Shown: in pieces, positions 1 through 12,529 of the stretch
Position numbering within the stretch: position 1 is the stretch's first letter
Layout: every line of letters begins with the position of its first letter
Origin: Vicugna vicugna
Lineage: Eukaryota
Reading direction: 5' to 3'
NCBI GenBank assembly: GCA_013265495.1
Contig: MU058844.1
Coordinates: 10,872,184 to 10,936,183 of the forward strand
Length of the DNA: 64,000 nt
Notes under the pieces: model-generated
Told to the model about the DNA's origin: nothing
Database searches by the model: none
Seen by the model: the letters and a program-made list of their open reading frames with translations, nothing else
Program-made: the position numbers and the translations under genes

Positions 1-288
1 TTCTTGACCTTTGAGACCTTTTCTGAAACTAAATCAAAGGAATTAAATACCTGAGTAGCGTGATGATTCATAACTCATAACCTCCAAGAAAAGGACAGAA
101 ATTACTGATTTTTTTCCTAGGATAAGTTAAAAAAAAGTGACCTGGCAGCAAAATTTTATCTAAAGGTCATTTCTAGCACAGAGACTGATGTACACACAGA
201 TTTTCTCATCTTTTCAAAGATAGGTCTTGGTTGTTTTGCAGTATATTTTAGCTTCTGATTTTACTCTGTGAGGAAGCTTCATCCAACA

Positions 289-743
289 TAGTGGTTCTCA
301 AATATATTTGGTCTCAGAACTCCTTTACACTCAAATTCTTGAGGATTCCAAGAGAGCTCTTGTGTATGTGAGTTACACCTGCGCATACATGTATAACCTA
401 CTAAAATTTTAAATAATGAAAAATTTTAATAAATTATTAAAATAACAATAAAATTATAACATATTAATAGAATTGACATGTTTTAAAACATAACCGTATT
501 CCCAAGCAAAAAATGTTTTACACATTTGCAAACCTTTTAAAACTTCTGTTTTCATAGCAGGCAGCTGAACTCTCCTGTCTGCTGCTTTAATCAATTTGTT
601 GTGTTATATATCACATAACCTCTGGAAAACATTATAATCTCATTAGACAATGAGATTTGAAAAGGTATAAAATTAGTTTGATCTCACAGACTAGGTCTTT
701 GAGCCTGCAGGGGTTCCCAGACCACATACTTTGAGAACCACTA
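289..743 (+). mobile_element. hAT-Charlie non-autonomous DNA transposon (Charlie4a-like)
   Basis: Perfect 14-bp terminal inverted repeats TAGTGGTTCTCAAA (289-302) and TTTGAGAACCACTA (730-743). Internal start 'tttggtctcagaactcctttacactc' resembles recalled Charlie4a. Degenerate 8-bp flanks atccaaca/atctagaa. Confidence 0.85.
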
Positions 744-749
744 ATCTAG

Positions 750-990
750 AAGACTCAGCATTTGCTTTCGAGTGAACATCCTGAGTTTGAATCCTACCTT
801 TGCCTCTAAATGTAGGATTGAAGCCTCAGTTGAATTATTTACCCTGACTGACTCAGGGTAAGTAATTTCCTAAATGAATGACTCATCCCAGCATTTAGGA
901 AATTGAGTTCATGCCTCTTCATAGAGAATTAAATGAAATAATATAAAGCATCTGCTAATACTTTAGCACAAATCAGCCAATACTCAGTAA
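750..990 (+). mobile_element. MIR SINE, degenerate
   Basis: 'cctgagtttgaatcctacctttgcc ... cctcttcatagagaattaaatgaaataatataaagc' follows the MIR head-core-tail order. Confidence 0.7.
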
Positions 991-1039
991 GTTTCCCCTC
1001 TTACACTTCCTTCTGCAAATTCACTAGCACTCACAGTTA

Positions 1040-1215
1040 CATGGTCAATGTCTGTATGGATTTGTGTGTGAACTTGGTAGGGCTGTATTTTACCTTCCTC
1101 TTTGTCAGTGTCCTTGAATAGCTACCTCACTGGAGATGTATGGTGACAAAACAAAATGATAGATTTTAAGACGCTGTGAAAAAGTAGAAAGGACATTAAA
1201 CTATAAGAAATGCAC
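1040..1215 (+). mobile_element. MIR fragment
   Basis: 'tgtgtgaacttgg ... gctacctcactggagatgtatggtgacaaaacaaaatgatag' resembles the MIR core. Confidence 0.5.
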
Positions 1216-1607
1216 TTACTTTGGGAACAGAATAAAAATGTTAATGAATAAGTCCGCTACTTCAATCAAATTCAACTCTTTAAAAGACAAAATAAAAATC
1301 TGAGTCATGATAAACTATTTTCTTAAGAAGTCTAGATTTGGAAATCATACATTTTCAAAACCCCTCATTCTATTGTCAAGTTCTTCAGCACACTGAAGGG
1401 TAAAATGTTTTTCTAGAAGGTAGATGGTGATACTTTGTCGGTTCTTCCATCACTAGCTAACTTTCTGATTGGGAGCAAATCAACCTCTTTGAACAGCAGT
1501 TTTCATCTTTAAAATAATTTTTTGATGGTTAGGTTTATCTTTTCAGCTCCCAAATTGAATAATGCTATTATTCTTTTCCTGTAATCATTGGCTTTTGGTA
1601 AAAAGAA

Positions 1608-1625
1608 ATATATATATATATATAT
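1608..1625. repeat. (AT)n microsatellite
   Basis: Directly visible dinucleotide run. Confidence 0.9.
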
Positions 1626-2555
1626 GCACAACTTTAACTTTAAATGTGCATAGAGGAAAAGTATGAGGTATCTTGATAGTAACCATTCTTCATACAAAGG
1701 AAAATAAACCAGTATGAGAGAAATTCACCAGAAGAAAGAAAAGTTCCTATTTTATGGGCTCTTGATAGAATCTGTACCCTTTAGCTCCATTTCTTTTCTC
1801 AATAGTCCAAAACCAATTTTATAACTCAGTTGTCTCCCAGCTAAATGTGAAGCCACTGCAGAGACGAGTTTGTGAAGCTTAACCATACAAAATGGTATAT
1901 CTAAAGAGAGCCCGCATATATTTGCAGGGACGTTTTTATAGTTGAAAGGAGCTTTGCTTCAGTTTGTTTTCCTTTTTTTTTCCTTTCTGCTGTGTGCTTA
2001 CAAAAACTATTAACACAAAGAGATATATCAAGAACAGAATATAGAGAAATTGAATAGGACTAGAAAAAGCTGTGGTTTACACCTGCAATTACATTAAAAC
2101 TCCAGCATGCACCACCGTTGACTGAGGAAGAGACAATGTCACAGAGTTTCTAATCTCATTAAAAGTATTATTGAAAAGCTGCATCAGTTCTTCATGAAAC
2201 CATTTGGACTTCTTAACCACACTGTGTTTCTACTTCACCACCCATTAGGCGGTCTTGCTTAGCATGAATCTAGGAGGAATTAAACGCTGAAGGTTCCTTC
2301 AAAGGGTTCGTAAAGTAAACCATATTTAACATTGGAAGGATGCATTTTCTTCCAAGTGTTCCCTGTCCAAAGCACAGGAAACACAAATCTATTGCTGTGG
2401 ACAGGTAACAGCAGGTCATATGAGCAATATGAACTGATGAATGTGTCCATCATCATCGACTTTTCTACAGGAGTGACTGAATTGGGAAAGGAATGCGTGG
2501 CATGTACACAACAATGGGGAGGAAAAAGAAATCTCTTCTCCAAGTTCCACTGTAT

Positions 2556-2613
2556 CTGTGTGTGTGTATAGTGTGTATATATAAAAAATATATACATAAT
2601 ATATAATACATAT
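2556..2613. repeat. (TG)n/(TA)n low-complexity tract
   Basis: 'ctgtgtgtgtgtatagtgtgtatatataaaaaatatatacataatatataatacatat'. Confidence 0.8.
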
Positions 2614-4109
2614 AATTTTCCATTATTTATATTAATTTCCTAAGACTGTGTGTTCTGAAAAAAAATTAAATTGACTTAATTTTAACAGTGCATAATATTT
2701 TCTCCTGTTTCAGAGTGGAGGCAAATTAGTGCACACTTCCATTATCCTGACAGGGACACATCCTGGGTGTCCTGTTGATTGAAATGGACAACTTCCTAGG
2801 CTCAAAAATCTGTCAAGTGGTCTTATTGCAGCAACATAATCCTAAGCACAGGCACAGACGAAATGAGTCACATTCGCAACCCGCTGCTGGGTAAATTGAT
2901 TTAGGGGGAGAGAAATTGCACGTTAGAAAATAAACTGATGATCACAGAAACGTACATTAAAAAAACTGCTATTTCGTGCCAATGAAGGACACCCTTAGTA
3001 GTGTACTTCATTTGCATTTGAGGTCACCAATGCTGTGAAGACCAAGGTCAGGGGAAAAAAGAGTCCAAATAATTTACTGTAGATTTGCAGTGTCAGGTCC
3101 TGTATCAACTTGGAATGTAGTCTTCATTCCCTATAATTGACACTGCTTTTGTTCCTCAAAATGAGTTTTTGCATCAGCTCTCTGGCTAAGTATCCTACGG
3201 TGCAGTATATTACCCAAAAGCAATTCGTAGAGGTGTTGAAAGGAAAACAAATATTAATGTAGTTTTGCAATCACAAGACACACCTACTTACTTGATAAAT
3301 GGGCTTATGAAACTGAAAGCATATTAATACTCCAAGAATGGATTAGTATTTTGTTTGACTTCACATGCAAAATTGGCTTCTGCTTTCTCTCTAGCCCCCA
3401 ATTTTCTCTTTCTCTGACATGAATGGAGTTTAGTAGAAAATTGCTAGGGAAAATGTCATTTGGGGTTGTGGGGGTTTGTTTTTAAGAAGTGGGGGAAAAA
3501 CCTACAGCAAAGTTAAAAGCAATTACCATAGTACTATAATTAGGCGGATGCATCACAGGAAAAAAGTCTCTCATATTGGCTACTCTTGATCATTACGTCT
3601 ACATAGGTACCAACTGTATCAGGTAAGACACTCTGAGCTACGGTGTTTGTATTTATCTTAATTATGATATTAGCCATCACTATAAAATTTTTGTGGCTAT
3701 AACCTCAGTAAGTTTTGCACTATAATTCTGGGACTGCAGATGGTCATTCAAACTAGTTACCTTTTGGGTAACTCCACTGGGCTTCAAATTTCTGCAACAG
3801 TGTAAAGAATCACCCCTAAATTATTTAAAGAAGGACATAACAGAATACACATAAATGAGATATTATGCCCATATATTAATAAACCCTGAGATCATATTAT
3901 CCTGTCTTTTTTTTGACTGCATTTCTCTCCCCATTAGACTGCCAGACCACAACCAGACATTTTTGATACAGGACAGGTGCTCAAAAATAACTTGCTGAAT
4001 GAATAATGGAGTGGGACGAGATACAGAGGAATGTAAAACTGAGATATAGCAACGCCTTCATGTAACTGATGAGTGCCCTACTTTCAATAGGAATTTGACA
4101 AAGAGCTAC

Positions 4110-4290
4110 CATTTATAAAGTGCTTATTATGTGCTAAGGGGAATATTAAGACACCTTACCTACATTATTTCATTTAATTCTAGAATGATTCTAGGGGCAG
4201 ATGGTATCCTCTCATGGTAAGGATAATAAAACTGCGTCTCAGAGAGAGTCCAAGAGAGGCACACAAGGTTGTACACCTAATAATTCATGC
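4110..4290 (-). mobile_element. MIR SINE
   Basis: 'atttataaagtgcttattatgtgctaagg ... cattatttcattaattct ... aaactgcgtctcagagag ... caaggttgtacacctaata' is antisense MIR. Confidence 0.75.
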
Positions 4291-4754
4291 AACTGTGAAT
4301 AATTAGAAAAAGATAACATATTAAAGAAAAGCTTTAACTATCAAAGGACCCAGTCTCAGTCTTCCTTATTGAAACCAAATGAGGATACCTGTAAGGGGCA
4401 GCTTCTCCTCCAGCAAAGTCCAGCTCTAGAATACTTTCCGATCCCCAAAGAGTAGCTGTTGTTCTCTAGGCCTTGATGTGACTTCTGTTGGCTCCACCCA
4501 CCCAAAAGGCATCCATTTCTAGCACTTTGTTCCTCTCCAGCATTTGGCTTTCACTCAGAATTAAGAACTTAACAGATTTGAAAAACTTTGAAAAGCTCTA
4601 TCTTTTGCCCTAAACTGAGACTTTCTCCTACTGATAAAAGGAAACTTGGCCTCGTTCCTCTCCCTAATTATTCACAGCCACTCATGCTACACTACCCTTC
4701 TAGTAAACACTAACCTTTGTGTTTTTTCCTCAAATTGATTACTTTTTTTTAACC

Positions 4755-5440
4755 GTTCCCACTGACCACTTTCTGCCTGGGCTATGGCAATGGCTTCCTT
4801 GCTAGACGCCCTACCCCTAGTCTCTGATTTCTGATGCCTCACATTACTCCTTCTATCCATTTATTATCTTGCTGAGAGTTACTTTATCAAAGTACAATCC
4901 AATCATGTCAATTTTCTAGTTAAAAATCTTCAATATGAAATTCCTTAGCAGAGCACGCAGGGCTTTTATCAGCCTCATTTTGTATTTTTCAACCTCCTCT
5001 TCTCACATTGGCTCCCAGCTCTCACCACATGTTGTGACTATGTTGAAGTCCCCTAGCCATGATGTGTCTCATACACACATTTTATATTTTTATATTTCTC
5101 ATGGTAGTATCCCACACATTGCTCACAACCCTTCCTCATTTATCAATTCTGTTATTAAAAAAATATGAACAACAATTAAGCCAATATCTCTGGAGTGAAC
5201 CTTTACTATTTTTTTCCCCCAAACTATTATACTTGGTTTTTCTGTTTGTTTGTTTGGGGTTTATCTACATGCCTCAGTTAGAGGCCACTGCTCCTCCACT
5301 GTGGTTATTTGCTTACATGCCTGATTATTTCATTAGAACATGAGCCCACTGAAAACAAGGCCTATGATTGGTTAGTTCTATTTTCTTAATATTGAGCATA
5401 GTGCCCAGCACAAAATAAATGACTAATTCAAATAAGTGTA
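4755..5440 (+). mobile_element. L2 LINE 3' region, degenerate
   Basis: 'atcatgtcaattttctagttaaaaatcttcaat', plus the L2 tail 'attagaacatgagcccactgaaaacaagg ... gagcatagtgcccagcacaaaataaatgactaat'. Confidence 0.7.
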
Positions 5441-6759
5441 AAATGGGCATACTATTTTATTATTATTTCTAATATTTTTGTCTCTTGACCGGAAGTCACA
5501 TTTTCCTTAAATGTAAATATCTACTATGATAAGAGAGGACAGTTCCCAGGTCTCCCCTGGCTGTCCTGGGGCTGTCCTCTTCAATACCACCTTTGGAAAT
5601 CTTGAGAAATATTAGAGTTACTATACTTTCTCCTCTGTCTCCTATCAGGGATTTCAAATAGGTCAACAAGTCTTCCCAGCTGTTAACCTCAAAAATGGGT
5701 GATGGAAGTTAAAAACCAAAATGGATATGAATACAATAAACCCTTTGTCCTGATCTGGGAGATGACAAAGAGACAAATGCTTTGTCTCTCCAAATGTCCA
5801 AAGTGCCTTTAGCTAGTATATGGTGAAATTGAGATCTTTGGTGGCCTTTATCTATCATAATACCCTAACCTTCTAATAAAAAATAGTTGTCTCAAGTTAC
5901 GGCTAGTCGAGGGTCACTAAGTTGTTACAAACTGAATGGAAGACCAAATGTAGATATTTAAATCCTAAGCATAAACTGGAACTTAAATGTCCTCCATGAC
6001 ATCATCAGAAATAACTTTTAAGTCTGTTTAAAAATCCATTTCAAATTAAGTTGCAGAGAGCATTGCTACCCATTTAATGCTCATAGATTTTGTAATTGAG
6101 TTTTTCCCCTTTAAATTTATAAACATACCACAGGATAATATTCTGACACTAGTGCACTTAGTAAATAAGTTAATAGATCCCAGTTCTGAAAAACTGACCT
6201 CTGTGTACTTTACGTTGCTGTCCTTTGCCAAGTTATAAATAAAAATGCAGCAATAGTTTTCAGTTGAAGTAAAATTACAACCCGTATGACAGCAATAGAA
6301 CTGAGGACAGCTGTTTAAATAGGAACAATATGACTCCAAAGGAAAATATAATGCTTATGGAAACACAATGCAGCCCTAATTCTGGAAAGAACACGCAAGA
6401 GATTAGAACACTGAAGAGCCACGGATCTATTCTTCTTAGCTTTTATCCCAACATAATGTGTAAGAAAACTCACTGTAAATGCCCTACCTCACACATGTTG
6501 TGAAAGGATATAAAATCTTTGATGCGATTAGAGCAAAACAACTTCTTTTTTTTAAACTTTGTCCCCTTTTTTTTTGTTTTCATTACACACTCCATTTACA
6601 ATGATAACATACCAATAACAAATCTCAGCTATATTAGTTGAAAGTGCTTTGGTGAAGGAAGAGCCATCATCTGACCCAATTAATCTTGATTTGGGATAAG
6701 TGCTTGGTAAATGATTTCCCAGGAAGGGAGGCACCATGGCTCACTGCCCTTCGTTTTCA

Positions 6760-6865
6760 TCTTGGATCTGCCATGTACTCACTGTGTGACCTTGGCAAAG
6801 TCATTTGACCTCTTCTTACCCCTTTTCATTTGTAAAGTATAGTTAATCCTGGCCAACCTCACTTG
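6760..6865 (+). mobile_element. MIR core fragment
   Basis: 'ctcactgtgtgaccttggcaaagtcatttgacctc ... ttttcatttgtaaagt'. Confidence 0.75.
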
Positions 6866-8261
6866 GCAAAAATAAACACCAGCTCTATATATTCAATAGA
6901 TATGAAGGAGGAAGATCAATGATATAGAGGGAAAATATGGTGGAATAAGATGTCCGCATCACTCACATAAGCCTCCGAACAAATTGTCTTTATGTAGAAC
7001 TGTCTTCAACAACTATGTACTTTGAATTCATTTAAACAAACAGGTGTTATAATATTTATTTTGGTCCATTAGACATAGACCTGCTGGCTGCATAAGACTG
7101 GAATAATACACATAAAATGTTTATTGGCTAACTCTATTTAATACACACACTTTTGTTTTTTTGGCTATTTTGGCTCTGGCTCTTCTAATCTAAACCATGA
7201 GCAAGGTAGTAAGTGTTAAAGACAAAAATATTAATCAGATAAAGAAACAGCCCACAAGACAATATCTGGTGGCAACTGATGTGCACAGATAAACAAACAA
7301 AAAAAAAAAAAGAAAGAAAAGCAAATAAAACGTTGACTACTTATTGTTATTTAAAATGAAGGGACAATATTACAAATATTTAAAATGGAGTTGAGCCTAT
7401 GAAGTATAAGCTTATGTTAGAATACAACTTTGGCTTTGATTCTTACATTTGGTATGAAGATTTTGGAATATGTTTTCGAAGAGAAGAAATATTTCCACCA
7501 AATACAGGCATGATATAGAATGGTTAGAGGGAAGAAGAATTCGAAACACATTCTAAATGGATCAAATATTTGATAAGAGTTGTGATCACATTTGAGTGTA
7601 GATTTTAGGTTAGATTTAAGAAAAAATAAATCGTATTTATTATGAAAGTTGTTTGTGACTAAAGTATCTAAATTGTTTTTTCATGAAAAGTTGTCAAAAA
7701 GAGGATAGATTTCTTTGTTTACGTAAATTGATACAATCACGGAACACTTTTTATATGAAGATTAAAAACAATGTACCATTTCATTCTCTAACATATTTTG
7801 CTGGCACATTCTAGAATGATCTAGAAAAAAGATGCTTTTTCTCATACTCTTATCAAGAACTGATCTGAGGTTTTGGTTTGTTTCTAGAATTGGGCTTGAC
7901 TGGATGCTTTATTCAGACCTCCTGGAACTGGGTGAGGTATTATATGGAGATAACTGAAGAAATATAAATGGAATATGCCCAAGCTGCTTGCAGGTAAGCT
8001 GGGGACATGAGTTAGTCAGAAAGAGCTAACACTTACACAAATGGGTGATACCACAGCATCCACTTGCAAGAAAGTTGCCTAAAACTTAAAGTGCATAATT
8101 GTGGTTCCTGCTCAGAAATAGTTAACCCATCTCTGACTTCCCGGTACTTATTACTGGGTCCAGCACATAGCAAATATTGAATAAATGTTTGATGAACCCA
8201 CACTGAATGGGACTGAAATCATACTCTGCAATACTCTGACTTGCTTAAAGAATTTTAAATT

Positions 8262-8820
8262 CCTCATTCACTTCTTCAGCAAAGATTTATTAAGCACTTG
8301 CTATGGATAGACATGATGGTGAATAAAATCACGCCCATACAGATACACATACATTCTGCTTTCAGTTTAGTAAAGGAGACATTAAACAAATAAACTCATG
8401 AAAGCGTGTACAGTAACTCTCTGAGAAAAGCCCTCTATGAGATAGAAATGATGTTAATACAGCTGCCCTTGACTGGGAATCAAGGCAGGATTCCCCAAGT
8501 GACTTCTGAGCTGGCATGTGAGACATGAGTCTCAGATGGGTTGATGTAGAAGCAAGTGGAGATGGCAGGGATCTTGAGGGAGAAGAGACAGCATGGGGAG
8601 GGGGGCTAGTGCCATAAGGCATGTGTGTCAGACTTAATGAAGCAAGGAAGGCGAGGAGAGGAGGCTGGAGGTGGGTTGGGGCATGCCCTCTGTAGCATGG
8701 TGGTCCTCATTAAGGAGACGACTTCATCATAAAGACTGATGAGAAACCAAGGGAGGAAAATTAGCATTCTGGCTGCAGAGCAGTGATCGTCTGGGAAGAG
8801 GCCAGGAAAACAGCTACAAG
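8262..8820 (-). mobile_element. L2 LINE 3' region
   Basis: Antisense L2 tail 'cattcacttcttcagcaaagatttattaagcacttgctatg' followed by purine-rich antisense L2 body ('aatcaaggcaggattccccaagtgacttctgagctg'). Confidence 0.75.
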
Positions 8821-9444
8821 GTGCCTTCTGCTTTTCTCTGAAGGACTGAACACTTGTCTACAGAAAGCTATCCGTTTTTGCCTACCTATTTCACCAAGCA
8901 CCAAGGGGTATTATAATAACATTTTTTCTTGCCTCTCTCTGAAAGCAGGAGCTAAATAATGGTGACTTGACACCACAGATCTCAGAAGTGTCACAGAAAC
9001 AAATAAGAGAACTGGAAAAGCCCAACTGCTTTCCTTACATATTGAAAGCTCTGCATACGCTGGGATTTTAATGAACAAAGCAATGTGGTTTGTCACTTGT
9101 ATACTGGAGTAGTACCTGCTGAGTTGTGTTTGAGTCGGAGGCAGCTTGAGCTAGATGTGGCCACCATCTAGCTGACTGGATCCAATCTTCCTCTAAAACT
9201 GAAATCAGTATCTAGTCTATAATCTTCTTTGGCATCAGATAACGTTGTTGTAAACCTCTGAAGCACAGCTTATCCATGGATGATCCACCCACCCCCAAAT
9301 AAGAAACAACTGGACTGATGTCTAGAAATGAAGATTTGGGGCCTCTTAGCTCTAGACTCTCCAGTTCTTAGGTGTGCCCTGGGAATCTGCAGATGTAAAA
9401 TATCCGTGGGTGGTTCTCAAGAAAACCTATGTTTAAATCTTCAG

Positions 9445-9616
9445 CAGTGATTCGCAAGCATTCATCCATCCAGGAGTCACTGGGGATCTTATAAAATGCA
9501 AATTCCCAGGAGGTATACTGAGAAATTTTAATTCAGGAGATTTGAGGTTGACGAGGCATCATTTTTTTTTTAAACAAAGCTCAAGTGAATTTTAAGTGCA
9601 AAGTGAAAAGCCACTG
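9445..9616 (+). mobile_element. MER5A-like hAT-Charlie MITE (second MER5 fragment at ~9340-9440)
   Basis: Ends cagtgattcgcaa ... aaagccactg; internal 'tcactggggatcttataaaatgcaaattcccagg'. Confidence 0.7.
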
Positions 9617-9684
9617 GCCTGCAAGTTTTTCCTAGTTTATTTGCACTATTTCTAGCAAGATCTCTCAGAAAGTATATACACTCC

Positions 9685-10030
9685 TGTATGGTAAGTTCTG
9701 TGAGGTCAAGGGAATTATCCTTTTCAGCGTTCTCTCCTTAGCACTAGGACAGGGTTAACACTTACTGTTCTTTGGACCTCAAATGAAACATCACTGCCTT
9801 CTTGACTAGAAGAAATGTTTCTGCTACAGATCACTATGTCTCTGTAATTTCTCGAATCACTCATCACACTTCTTTGTCATAAACTGATTATTTTTGTTGG
9901 TAAACTCTGGGAGACATGGTCTGTTTTATGCTCAATAGAACTGTTAATATCTAGCAGAGTACCTGGCACTTAATAATTATTTATTTATTGAGTGAAAACT
10001 ACATGCAGTAAATATTAAATAAATGTTTCC
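9685..10030 (+). mobile_element. L2 3'-tail fragments
   Basis: 'ggtaagttctgtgaggtcaaggg ... tagcactaggacagg' and 'taaactctgggagacatggtctgttttatgctc ... ctagcagagtacctggcact'. Confidence 0.55.
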
Positions 10031-10329
10031 ATTATTTGAAGACTGTGATCTCTTTTAACCTCCTCTTCACCAGTGAAAAGATACTTAAGGTTTCACATGA
10101 GATCCTAAAGCAACCTTTTAGGCGAAACAGACATCAAATTCCAGTCGAACTTCTCAACAATGGTTGGCACGATGGCCCAAATCTGGCCACCTGTCACCAT
10201 CTCTGCAGCCACAATCCTAGTCCGAAATACCTCCACATTTCCCTTGAAGAGGAAATCACACAGACTTGGGAAATGAAGTCATCCTCATGGAAACAATCCA
10301 GAATTGGCTGGGTATGAAACAAAGAGCAC

Positions 10330-11450
10330 ACGTAGAGGATCTAGCTTTAGAAGAAAACTGTCTTCAAAGATTGAAATTACTAATGAAAATGTAGACAAAA
10401 TGATAAAATAGTTAGGATGGGGTCTGGAAAAAAAATCTAAGTATCCACAGGGATGGCTTGGCAGAGGAGGACTCGATAAGCTTGTCCTGCAGAAAGAGAG
10501 GAAGCAGAGGTGAGAGTGAAGTGACCAGGCTCTAGTTGTCTTGGAGGCATTCGAGGAGACTCTTTAACAAAGCACACACTGAAGAATTTTAGTAGGCATT
10601 AATAAGTTGGGGGTTCAAAGATTGATGGCTTCCCTCCTCACTTTCATATCAAGAAGAATAGCAAAAAGTGTAATCTTCAGGAAAGAAAGGGGTAGGAGAT
10701 ATGGTACTGCAGACAACTTGGTCCCTGATATTAACACATAAGAAGGTATCATTTGCAGGGGACAGTTTGTTCAGAATGAAATGGAGGATCCCATGGAAGG
10801 CAACCAAAACGAGGACAGGATACATGAGAGATATTCTCCATCTTTTATTTTCATAGAGAAGCAAGAGACATCTAGTCTCATCTTCAACATAGACTAGGGG
10901 AAAAAAAAGTCATTCAATTTGTTTCTGCCCAATCTTCACTTGTCACAGTCTCTTTTCAATTCTAATTCTATTGATTTTTCCACCTCTTTCTCTATTGTAC
11001 TAGAAAAATATTGAAAGTACAGGCTAAAGAAATATTAACCTACAGTAACAGGAATTCCATAGCATCCATTTACCAGGGAAAGGAAACCCAATAAGCCTCT
11101 GGTAAGACCTCAGACGCCACACAGCGGTATTCCGCCCAGAAACACTCAAAAGCAAGTTAAGAAATCTTGGAAATATTACTGGAGCTCAGGACTGAGGTAT
11201 CACTAGGTCACTCATAGGCATAGCAATGGCAACAAACTGTCATGAAGTACAGAGAATGTCTTCTCTGGGCAGAGTTTTAAGTCCCTGTAGAGTAAGTACC
11301 AGATCTAGGTTAGGGAGGAAAGATGATAAAGAAAGAGTAGAATAAAAGGATCATGAAACAAACAGCATTGATAATAACAGGAAAAGAAAGAAGAGGTATA
11401 GGTTAAAGACCATGTCATTTTCAAAATGTTGGATGATATAAACATTTACA
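10330..11450 (+). mobile_element. Highly degraded CR1/L3 LINE ORF1 fossil (coiled coil plus SGNH/GDSL-type esterase), interrupted at ~10875-11165
   Basis: Hand translation, in order: VEDLALEE..QRL (10332-10373), WRHSRR (10542-10559), LKN..AL (10579-10601), KKVSFAGDSLFR (10740-10775), EI...ARDI (~10828-10872), NKRIMKQTALIITGKERRGIG*/DHVIF (11341-11422). Order and most spacings match recalled sauropsid CR1 ORF1 motifs. Many stops and frameshifts. Confidence 0.6.
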
Positions 11451-11524
11451 GGCAACCAAATTACAAAAAATAACCAAATGTCAACTCAACCGACCTTCCT
11501 ATGTCAACAAGTAACATACCTTCC

Positions 11525-11765
11525 AGTTAAAAGCTTGAGCTGTAGATTAATATTTATTTCAGTTCTTCTGACTGACAGCTAAGTGACCTTAGGCACAGCT
11601 TTTAACCTTTCTAAGTCTCAGTCTTTATCAGTAAAATGGGGATAATTATGCTACTTACTTCATAGGGAATGTACACTGACTAAAGGAAGTAAAACATACA
11701 AGTGTTTATCACGGTGCCAGGGAGCAAGTAAGAACTTGATACATGTAGTTTAGTGTTAATAGCTA
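11525..11765 (+). mobile_element. MIR SINE, near full length
   Basis: 'gctaagtgaccttaggcacagcttttaacctttctaagtctcagtctttatcagtaaaatggggataattatgctacttacttcataggg'. Confidence 0.9.
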
Positions 11766-12529
11766 GGATCTGCTTTGTTGCCTTTGCTAATACTTAGCAA
11801 CAATGATGCGTGCAGATAACCGAAGATTATTCTGGATGTCAGGGGAAAATGCAAAGTAGGGGTTGCTGTCTGCTTTAGAGAATCCACAGAGTGGATGACC
11901 TTGCATAAATTATTGAAAATCCAAAACAAAACAAACAAACAAAAAATCAGAGAGATCTTTATCTAAATGGTAAAGATAAAGCCACTAAAATTTAAAGTAT
12001 TGTTCCTGGAATACACAACACACAAGTATTGGCAGAGATTTCTCTTCTCATGGAAAGGACTAAAAACTTAGAAAGCTTTTAAAATGTCATCTTCTATTTC
12101 ACAACAGCCTCTACAGACATTGTCACATGGTAACAAAAAGAGAGATTCTGTGTGCAACTTAAACATTTAATGAAAGTGAGCAATTCAGATTTTATATTTG
12201 ACATAAAGCTTCTAAATGGAGTAATCATCTTATAAGTAATCTCAGGAACATAAATATATTTACAGCAACTCTAAAGTTTCTAAAAACTTTACCATAATGT
12301 TTTTCCTATGGAAGAAAATTGTTCTTGAATAATATTTTCTTGTAGAGAAAATAAATCAGTGGAGTTTTCAATGAACTGCTGCTGAGGTAGTCACACTTAT
12401 CCATCAGTTAGGGAAATAAGGCTAACAAAGAACAGGTGTGAGCAGTGGGGGATGACACAAGAATTACGTGGGAACACCTTACGCGTCCAACCCAGTGCTG
12501 AGGCCAAGATCCTGAGAGTCGTCTGCGAT

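Noticed and set aside
5488..5496. Perfect ETS motif ACCGGAAGT
   Set aside because: Isolated motif in AT-rich DNA with no supporting context.
10415..10520. Apparent similarity to the L3 3' end ('ggatggggtctggaaa...')
   Set aside because: Short, weak match that falls inside the better-supported collinear CR1 ORF1 reading.
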